Shown in pieces: positions 27,188-33,825 of a stretch of 33,825 nucleotides of DNA (positions are counted from its first letter, which is position 1; each line of letters begins with the position of its first letter). A program made the translations under genes and the position numbers. This stretch comes from a virus. Taxonomy: Duplodnaviria; Heunggongvirae; Uroviricota; Caudoviricetes. Location: IMG/VR virus record IMGVR_UViG_2713896907_000008, positions 1-33,825 of that record, one strand, 5' to 3'. Below the pieces are notes generated by a model. That model was not told where the DNA came from, did not search any database, and saw nothing but the letters and a program-made list of their open reading frames with translations.

Positions 27188-29602
27188 TTAATACAGGTTC
27201 CGCCACTTATCATCTTCCTTCAGACGCTGGTTCCGATAGAAGATACGCAGGCCTGCTCCTGACGGAATACTGCCGCCGCGAAGGAGCAAATCGACTTCTT
27301 TCTCGCTGCCATCAAATCCCCTGGACTTCAGTTCATAGACGAGCTGCTGTCGCTGATGGTCTGTAATTCGCTGTTTGTAGTCTTTACGCCGTTTCGGTTT
27401 CACCTGGCGTAACCTTGCAGCCAGTTCCCGGCGCTCTTTTTTGCTCATACTGTGCAGGTAATCGTGCAACTCCTTGTCATTCATACGGGTAATATCCGTT
27501 CTGGAGTCCCCATCAGCTGATTTGTCTTTCCCTTGTTGGTTCAAATTTTCAGCAAGGGGACAGTTATTGCCACGAGTCCAAGGGGCGCAAGCGCCCTGGT
27601 CGGCTGCCGCCTCCTGAACGTCAACGGCCTTACGAACCATTTTCCACTTCACTGCATGAGTGCAGATCTTGCCCTCTGCAATGGGTGACCAGATGCCATA
27701 AATACGAATACCGTGATCGCCATAGGCGGTCGGCTCTTCGTTAATTTCATAAGCGGTTCTGATGAGGTGATATTTACGGGGAACCAGTACACCTCCCTGC
27801 TTCATGATATAGGTGGCAAAACAACCAGCATCAGCAGCAGCCAGAATGGCATCAAGGCGCGGGTTATCCAGTACCGGCACACCTGCTTTTTTGTCACCCT
27901 GCTGCCTTGCCGCCTGACCAGCCAGCAATCGCAGTTCACGGTAAGCCTGACGCCCCGGAATACCAAAGAAGCGGAATTGCTGAACACGATGCAAAGACGC
28001 CCAGGCATTCACGTATTCAGCGTTATCACGAAGAGATTTACCCGTTTCCTTGCTGATCTCGCCAGCCAGACCACGCCCGTCAATGTTCTTACTGATGTAT
28101 TTCGCTATGTAGCTTGTCGGCGTTCCTTTGCGCGGGTTAATCAGCTCAGACTTAAAGCGCGGCCCCGTGTTATTGCCCAGCTCCTCGCGGTCTTCACGGA
28201 TAGCAAACTTACGCAACAATGCAGTAATGGCGCGGCGGTCTTTTTTGCGCATGAAACACAACAGGTGCCAGTGAACTGTGCCGTCGTGATGCGGCTCAGC
28301 CACCCGCACGCCATACCAGCGCAACCCGGCTTTGTGCATCGCCTTACGAAATGCAGCAAACATACCGACCAGATAATCGCTGCTTTGTCTTACCGTCGCG
28401 TTTTTCCAGGTCGGGTTGGGTCTGCCGTTATTGAGCGTGGAATGGAAACGTGACGGACAGGTAATGGTGTAGAAAACGGCGCAGTCACCGCGCATTTCCG
28501 CGATAAGCTCCAGACCTTTAACACAGGCCATCATCTCATTGCGGCGATGCGCCGGGTTGCTGCAGCTGGCGTTTACCACATCTTCCATATCCAGCGCGTC
28601 TCCGTCTTCGTTCACCAGTTCATGAGAACGGAAAAACTCCAGCGACTTACGGCGCTGCTCACGTTTATGCATCACAGCTTCATAGCTGACATAGGGAGAT
28701 GCTTTTTTGCTGACCAGGCAGACAGCACGCAACTGCTCTTCCCGCCATTCGCAACGCATCTTCCACAATTTCCGATACCACCAGTCGGCGCACAGCATAC
28801 GCGCCAGCGAGCCCGGAATGAGTTCATAGGGCACTGGTTTACGGCGGTTTCTTTTCCGACGGAGTTGCTCAAACGCAGGCGGGATGACATCCAAACGTAG
28901 GGTTTCCGCTGCCACCTTTTCCCATGTCTTGCGGATTTCTTCTGGCTTAACATCATCGGTGGCGTACAAATCACCACAAGCGGCATCAAGACACATGCTC
29001 ATATGCGCAGCGACAAGGGTAGACAGGCGTTTCACCTGATCCTGACTCATTTCAGGCAGGATCAGCAGGCCGTCCAGCCCTTCATGGCTTGCCATAAAGC
29101 GAAAAGAAGTGGATAGCTGACTGTCGCGTACATGCTCCAGTCGTTCCAGACATGGCTTAATCGTCTCACGCAAATAGCGGGAATAAGCCTTTGGCCTGCC
29201 CAAGCTGCTGAAGTATTCAATACGTTGCATCAGCGGCTTGCTGATATGGGAAGGCTGGGCGTTGACGTCAGCCAGAATGACCATGTCTGGATTAAAACGC
29301 TGCTGCTCATGCGCCAGCTTTGCCCGGCTAATGAGCTTATCCTGCTCCATTTCGCGCTGGACAGGATCACGGGATTCATTAAAGAAATAACGCTCCCAGA
29401 CCTGCTCACTCAGTGCCTCGCGGCGCAGTTGTTCCTGCTCGTTATCGGCAACATACAGAGTGATCAGGTTTGAAAGTGCAGACTCCGGCGCAACTTCCGC
29501 CGGGTCCAGATAAGGGTTAATGGCCTTTTTCGGGCCGTTCCATGAAAATGATGCAGCGGCCTCGTTAAAGCCGCTAGAGTTGCTCATATCGTCATGACTC
29601 AT
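27188..29602 (-). CDS. A: replication initiation protein A (rolling-circle type)
   Basis: 804-aa ORF at the end of the early operon; size and position as P2 gpA. Confidence 0.8.
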   Translation of the reverse strand: MSHDDMSNSSGFNEAAASFSWNGPKKAINPYLDPAEVAPESALSNLITLYVADNEQEQLRREALSEQVWERYFFNESRDPVQREMEQDKLISRAKLAHEQQRFNPDMVILADVNAQPSHISKPLMQRIEYFSSLGRPKAYSRYLRETIKPCLERLEHVRDSQLSTSFRFMASHEGLDGLLILPEMSQDQVKRLSTLVAAHMSMCLDAACGDLYATDDVKPEEIRKTWEKVAAETLRLDVIPPAFEQLRRKRNRRKPVPYELIPGSLARMLCADWWYRKLWKMRCEWREEQLRAVCLVSKKASPYVSYEAVMHKREQRRKSLEFFRSHELVNEDGDALDMEDVVNASCSNPAHRRNEMMACVKGLELIAEMRGDCAVFYTITCPSRFHSTLNNGRPNPTWKNATVRQSSDYLVGMFAAFRKAMHKAGLRWYGVRVAEPHHDGTVHWHLLCFMRKKDRRAITALLRKFAIREDREELGNNTGPRFKSELINPRKGTPTSYIAKYISKNIDGRGLAGEISKETGKSLRDNAEYVNAWASLHRVQQFRFFGIPGRQAYRELRLLAGQAARQQGDKKAGVPVLDNPRLDAILAAADAGCFATYIMKQGGVLVPRKYHLIRTAYEINEEPTAYGDHGIRIYGIWSPIAEGKICTHAVKWKMVRKAVDVQEAAADQGACAPWTRGNNCPLAENLNQQGKDKSADGDSRTDITRMNDKELHDYLHSMSKKERRELAARLRQVKPKRRKDYKQRITDHQRQQLVYELKSRGFDGSEKEVDLLLRGGSIPSGAGLRIFYRNQRLKEDDKWRNLY

Positions 29603-30456
29603 ACACGCACCTCGTACACAGCAGAACTATCTACGCCACGCGAAGGATCAAATCCCACCCAGCAGCGCGCCCCGGAAACAGCAATGATTTCTGTTGCAGA
29701 TTTACTATCACCAGCTGCCACACCGATGCTGCGTTTTGCCTTGATGTAGTGGTGAGTAAAATTGCGATACAGCGAACGGATCAGGGATGTGTCACTGTTA
29801 GAAACAATGACGGGATGTCCTTCTGATGACCGATGTTCAAGAACGGATGCCAGGTGATACTGGTCATCTTCAGTGAAGCCGTCAGTGTGATAACCGGAAA
29901 ACGTACCGTCATAAGGCGGATCGCAATACACCACATCCCCCACCTGCAGCATCGCCAGCGTTTCATCAAAGCTGGCGCAGATAAACGTTGCTCGCTGGGC
30001 TTTCTCTGCAAATGCGCGAATTTCTTTTTCAGGGAAATACGGATTTTTATAATTACCGTAGGGAATGTTGAAATACCCGCTCTTGTTATAGCGACATAAC
30101 CCACGGTAACCGTGACGATTGAGATACAGGAAATATACCGCTTTCATGAAATCAGTAATTTCAGTTGAGTAATTAAACTCCTGCCTTATGTTGTAATAAG
30201 CCAGCTCACTGTTTGCTTCCTCAAATAAAGCTCTGGCACGAGATATAAACGCCTCGCAATCAGCAGCAACCTTTTTATAGAGGTTGATTAAATCAGGATT
30301 AATATCCGCAACAAGATAGCTGGGGTAATCCGTCTCTATCATCACAGCACAAGAACCCGCGAAAGGTTCAACCAGTCGCGGGCCAGCAGGAAGGTATTTT
30401 TTCAGTTCGGACATAATGGCGGTTTTATTACCCGCCCATTTCAGAATGGTGCTCAT
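29599..30456 (-). CDS. dam: DNA adenine N6-methyltransferase (Dam family), orphan
   Basis: FAGSCA (AdoMet-binding) near the N-terminus and DPPY catalytic motif; start set at [15 protein letters not shown] overlaps with neighbours on both sides. Confidence 0.8.
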   Translation of the reverse strand: MSTILKWAGNKTAIMSELKKYLPAGPRLVEPFAGSCAVMIETDYPSYLVADINPDLINLYKKVAADCEAFISRARALFEEANSELAYYNIRQEFNYSTEITDFMKAVYFLYLNRHGYRGLCRYNKSGYFNIPYGNYKNPYFPEKEIRAFAEKAQRATFICASFDETLAMLQVGDVVYCDPPYDGTFSGYHTDGFTEDDQYHLASVLEHRSSEGHPVIVSNSDTSLIRSLYRNFTHHYIKAKRSIGVAAGDSKSATEIIAVSGARCWVGFDPSRGVDSSAVYEVRV

Positions 30457-30755
30457 ACAGCACCTCCTGCAATAACATATCCTAAAGCTTCCAATGGGGT
30501 TAATGGACGAATTGATAGCATCACCCATTGTTCTGAAACTACCATGACGTCATTAACCGGAAGTATATGAGTGATAACAGCAGCCCATTCTCTACCCGTA
30601 AATACGCCATGCTTCCATTCGCAAAGAGAAAGAACATCACCAACTTTATAGCCACGATCGTCTTTACGAAGTTCAGCCGTCTTTTGACCTGCAACCACAG
30701 CGTTGAAATACTTAGGTGCAATTTTTAATTGATGGATACGCACTGCCCTTGTCAT
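30453..30755 (-). CDS. ASCH/PUA-like domain protein
   Basis: About 100-aa ORF ([33 protein letters not shown]…) with the pattern I associate with ASCH domains; coupled to dam. Confidence 0.5.
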   Translation of the reverse strand: MTRAVRIHQLKIAPKYFNAVVAGQKTAELRKDDRGYKVGDVLSLCEWKHGVFTGREWAAVITHILPVNDVMVVSEQWVMLSIRPLTPLEALGYVIAGGAV

Positions 30756-30979
30756 ACAGCACCTCCGTTGTAATGTTTGCCTTTCAGCTCTGCGATTTCC
30801 TGGCAGGTAATGCAAAGCTGCACTCCCGGAATGGCGCGGCGGCGTGCTGGCGGAATTGGTGCTTCACATTCAATGCAAAGCACGCGAGACACGCCCGGTG
30901 TTTTGGCACGGGCAGCACGGATATGGCGCTGGCGTTCTTCTTCAACGCGCTGCTGTACAAGATCCATTGCATCAGCCAT
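30752..30979 (-). CDS. DksA/TraR-family C4 zinc-finger protein
   Basis: C-x2-C … C-x2-C (CIECEAP…CITCQE) in a 75-aa ORF. Confidence 0.7.
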   Translation of the reverse strand: MADAMDLVQQRVEEERQRHIRAARAKTPGVSRVLCIECEAPIPPARRRAIPGVQLCITCQEIAELKGKHYNGGAV

Positions 30980-31218
30980 TAGTGGATCTCCTGCGCTTCG
31001 TTCTGGATTGCTTCAGCAGTCAAACGCAGCAGTTCTGCTGCTTCGACGTGGTTTAGCTGGCGAGATGTGATATGACACGCCAGGCTATCAAGGCGAGCAG
31101 CCATTGCTTCAGCCCTTGCCCGGCGTTCTTCCAGACGAGCCTCTGTCAGTAAAAGATTAAAACCTGCATCATCCGGTCCGGTTTTAGTCGTGAGGGTTTC
31201 AATATTACGCATAATCAA
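30979..31218 (-). CDS. hypothetical protein, 79 aa
   Basis: ORF in the early operon, coupled to the next gene. Confidence 0.5.
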   Translation of the reverse strand: MIMRNIETLTTKTGPDDAGFNLLLTEARLEERRARAEAMAARLDSLACHITSRQLNHVEAAELLRLTAEAIQNEAQEIH

Positions 31219-31279
31219 TTCTCCTGAATTTAGGTAAAGGGATACCCGGCGGGTTTACGCCATGAAATTCATTAGTTGG

Positions 31280-31621
31280 TTAATTCGGCATGGTTAGCCG
31301 TCTGGGAAATAAGCTCACCACTGCACGAAAATGATTCATTGTTTTAATCAACTCCCGCTTTTCGTCAGTGGTCAGCTCATTAATGCTGATGCTGTGACGT
31401 TCAGCTGGAATTTTTGCCATAAAGAATATGGCAGCCAGTGCCCGTTTATTTTGTTCGCTATTAATATCGCGTGGATCACGCATATCTTTAATAAACCGCT
31501 CAAGCTCTGACTCAATATTCAGACCAAAAACTTTCGCCCTTAACTCCGCAATGTGATTAAGTCCATTCAGGCGTTCACCGGGGCTTAATGGAACAGTCGC
31601 CGCAGCGCCATTAATTGCCAT
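31280..31621 (-). CDS. hypothetical protein, 113 aa
   Basis: ORF in the early operon. Confidence 0.5.
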   Translation of the reverse strand: MAINGAAATVPLSPGERLNGLNHIAELRAKVFGLNIESELERFIKDMRDPRDINSEQNKRALAAIFFMAKIPAERHSISINELTTDEKRELIKTMNHFRAVVSLFPRRLTMPN

Positions 31622-31643
31622 AATTCATATCCCCAAAACGCAA

Positions 31644-31868
31644 CTATCGTTCTTTGTTCTTACGGTAACGTTCAAGAGGAGATACATTTTTTCGTATCGT
31701 CTCTTTAACCTGCTCTCCCCGTAAAAACGTCCCATCCTTTAGCGTGAAAAAGTAACTGCCATCGCCCGACAACGACGGATAACAACAGAGCAAATCATCT
31801 TCAGGTACTGAATAACTCTCCCCTCTGTAACGAAACTGATAAACCACTTCACTTTCCGCTGCATACAT
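31644..31868 (-). CDS. hypothetical protein, 74 aa
   Basis: ORF with a GGAGAAAG ribosome-binding site; overlaps the upstream ORF in another frame. Confidence 0.45.
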   Translation of the reverse strand: MYAAESEVVYQFRYRGESYSVPEDDLLCCYPSLSGDGSYFFTLKDGTFLRGEQVKETIRKNVSPLERYRKNKER

Positions 31869-32035
31869 TTTGACTTTCTCCGTTTCCTCGTGGTCAATTC
31901 AGACAGCAATTCATCTTGTGAATGACATGGATGCCAGCGTTTTCCATCCTCACCCGTGATCCAGCCGTGACCGTAGTGCATTGCCGGACTTTGTTTTACC
32001 AGCAGCGATGCAAATGATGGTTCTTTCGTCAGCAT
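31739..32035 (-). CDS. hypothetical small protein downstream of the CII-like gene (overlapping frame)
   Basis: The track lists this ORF as + but its translation is the reverse strand (checked by hand). ATG at 32033-32035 has a GAGGTG ribosome-binding site overlapping the cII stop; the 3' third looks out of frame. Confidence 0.35.
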   Translation of the reverse strand: MLTKEPSFASLLVKQSPAMHYGHGWITGEDGKRWHPCHSQDELLSELTTRKRRKSKCMQRKVKWFISFVTEGRVIQYLKMICSVVIRRCRAMAVTFSR

Positions 32036-32042
32036 AAGCACC

Positions 32043-32561
32043 TCACAGCAAACCGAATGAAGCACCGAGGCCAGTCACGGTATCAACTGCACTCGCCATC
32101 GCAGGATTAGCCTGTAAACGGGCCTGCAATGAAACAGCAGCCAGCGCCATCAGTCGTGTTACAGAGTTAATGCTGCTGATAGCATCACGACGACCGGCAC
32201 TAGTTTTTACATCACCAGATACCGCACCTGCTGCAACACGCCCGATCTCTGCAGTTGCGCTCATGACGTAATGCGGCAGTTTCTCTTTTGCTACCTCATT
32301 AATCGGTACACATGGCAGACAATGAATCTGTGCCAGAAAACCATCTACCAACGTTGAATCTTCAGTCAGATCGGTAAGCAGCCAGATTTCTGGTGCGGTT
32401 AATAAATGAGGTTGAGCTGGGTTCAGCTTGTTCCGCAGAATCTGCACATTCATGCCCGCACGTTCTGCCAGTTGCACCAGGTTGTGGCGCAGTGCGAATG
32501 CACGACAGGCTTCATCAAAATGTGGATGTTTGGAAACTTGGTAATCAAACATAGTCGACAC
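32043..32561 (-). CDS. cII: CII-like regulatory protein (phage 186 CII family)
   Basis: 172-aa ORF starting [23 protein letters not shown]…, matching 186 CII as I recall it. Confidence 0.6.
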   Translation of the reverse strand: MSTMFDYQVSKHPHFDEACRAFALRHNLVQLAERAGMNVQILRNKLNPAQPHLLTAPEIWLLTDLTEDSTLVDGFLAQIHCLPCVPINEVAKEKLPHYVMSATAEIGRVAAGAVSGDVKTSAGRRDAISSINSVTRLMALAAVSLQARLQANPAMASAVDTVTGLGASFGLL

Positions 32562-32584
32562 TCCTCAAGTATCCCAAAATGGAA

Positions 32585-32806
32585 CTAGTTAATACTCAAA
32601 TTGCATTCAGAGAGCGCATCAACGGTCATTGCAGCGATATTGATCATCACCTTTTCTCGCTTTTTATCTTTACGAAGACGATGGCGAATAAGGCGGCCAT
32701 CAGCAAGCATGTCATTGATAGTGTCAATAGATAGCCCAGTCAGTTCGCTGTATTTCTCAATAGAAACAGATGGGACAGCTAAGGTGATTGAAATATGTGG
32801 AGTCAT
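32585..32806 (-). CDS. Apl/Cox-like excisionase and switch regulator
   Basis: First gene of the early operon, divergent from the repressor; small HTH protein; start set at the ATG with a GAGGAA ribosome-binding site. Confidence 0.55.
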   Translation of the reverse strand: MTPHISITLAVPSVSIEKYSELTGLSIDTINDMLADGRLIRHRLRKDKKREKVMINIAAMTVDALSECNLSIN

Positions 32807-32931
32807 GATGCAAGATTCCTCGTTTAACAAGATGTGTGGTAACTGGTGATTAACCTTGTTCAGTTCACTTTTGCACACACTAATTCTTCATTTGAGAAGT
32901 GTCAACAAAAAATCACTCAAAGGCGTAATAG

Positions 32932-33825
32932 ATGAATTTCAAAAGCGGAGGACAAGCAGTCATAACACGTATGCTTGAAGCGTATGGATTCAAGACGCGG
33001 CAAGCTCTATGTGAACAGTTCAATGTATCTGCAAGTACTATGGGAACGCGCTGGATGCGTGACGTATTTCCTGCTGACTGGGTAATTCAGTGTGCAATTG
33101 AAACAGGGGCATCTATCGAATGGCTCTCATTCGGAAAAGGCGTACCATTCCCTCAGAATACAGAGGCACCGGTCATGTCAAAGGCAACTGCACCAAAGAT
33201 TCAGCATGTTCCCCAAATCAATAATCAAGAGAACCCTATTGGGAACTTCCTGAATTTGGATTCAGGCGGGCGTGATGCAATAGACCGGCTAATGAAAGCG
33301 TATGGCTTCAAAACAAGACAAGAACTTGCCGACCATTTGAATGTATCTAAAAGCACCATGGCAAACAGATATTTACGAGACACTTTCCCAGCTGATTGGA
33401 TCATAAAATGCTCGTTGGAAACAGGAAATTCTCTTTTATGGCTAGCCACTGGGCAAGGCAGCAAGCACAGTTCTCTCACAACATTGGTAAAAGAGCTGCC
33501 TAAATTTCATCTCAATGCAGGAAAAATGGTTGAGTGTGGTTCATATATTTTCGATACATCATTTTTACCTGCTAATCTTTCAGCACCAATTGTCATTCAA
33601 GACGGGTTGATGACATACATTTGTGATCAAAACATTACTGATGTATTGGATGGACACTGGCTCATCAATATCGATGAAACCTATTCAATTCGGCATATTA
33701 CAAGACTACCTAAGAAGGTGATAAAAGTATCATCCTCCATAAATAGCTTTGAATGTGGTTTTTCTGATATCAATTTTGTTGCTAGAGTTTATTTATTCAT
33801 TTCCAGCATCAATAAAAGCAATTAA
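32932..33825 (+). CDS. immunity repressor with two tandem CI-type HTH domains and a C-terminal domain of unknown function
   Basis: Residues about 5-70 and 105-170 are about 60% identical repeats (…AYGFKTRQ.L…NVS.STM..R..RD.FPADW.I.C..ETG.S..WL..G.G) resembling the 186 CI N-terminal domain; the stop coincides with the window end. Confidence 0.65.
   Translation: MNFKSGGQAVITRMLEAYGFKTRQALCEQFNVSASTMGTRWMRDVFPADWVIQCAIETGASIEWLSFGKGVPFPQNTEAPVMSKATAPKIQHVPQINNQENPIGNFLNLDSGGRDAIDRLMKAYGFKTRQELADHLNVSKSTMANRYLRDTFPADWIIKCSLETGNSLLWLATGQGSKHSSLTTLVKELPKFHLNAGKMVECGSYIFDTSFLPANLSAPIVIQDGLMTYICDQNITDVLDGHWLINIDETYSIRHITRLPKKVIKVSSSINSFECGFSDINFVARVYLFISSINKSN

Larger units (their letters stand above)
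2777..33825. mobile_element. P2/186-family prophage (mosaic); left junction somewhere in 2622-2856, right part continues beyond the window
   Basis: Contiguous P2-order structural, lysis, replication and regulatory genes; no integrase inside the window. Confidence 0.85.

Noticed and set aside
1-33825. CRISPR arrays, tRNA or tmRNA genes, insertion sequences
   Set aside because: No regularly spaced direct repeats, no tRNA-like sequence and no transposase-like ORF found on inspection.

Overview
The window holds the E. coli chromosomal locus grxA-ybjM-ybjL (1-2621) followed by a near-complete P2/186-family temperate myovirus prophage (about 2.8 kb to the window end; the integrase is expected just beyond 33825). 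Relative to the P2 map the prophage reads right to left: ogr, then the tail operon D-U-T-E/E'-FII-FI, a Gin/Pin-type DNA invertase with a 1.38 kb invertible tail-fibre segment, baseplate genes I-J-W-V, tail completion S-R, a lysis cassette (LysC/LysB/LysA, endolysin, holin), X, L, capsid genes M-N-O, and divergent terminase P and portal Q. A cargo region around a cos-like site follows (24452-27187), then replication gene A, an early operon with an orphan Dam methylase, and a 186-like regulatory module (CII-like, Apl/Cox-like, a 297-aa repressor). The strongest candidate for a new system is an AT-rich, self-contained cargo gene (24489-25550) encoding a 353-aa protein with a PIN-like N-terminal domain and an unassignable acidic C-terminal domain, sitting between the portal gene and cos. 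Other notable points are an SOS (LexA-box) controlled split Tum-like/DinI-like pair, a repressor with a tandemly duplicated HTH domain, an apparent frameshift in the tape measure gene, a P2-type programmed frameshift site in E/E', and an in-frame amber codon near the end of host grxA. All homology statements are from reading the translations and from memory of these families; no database search was run.
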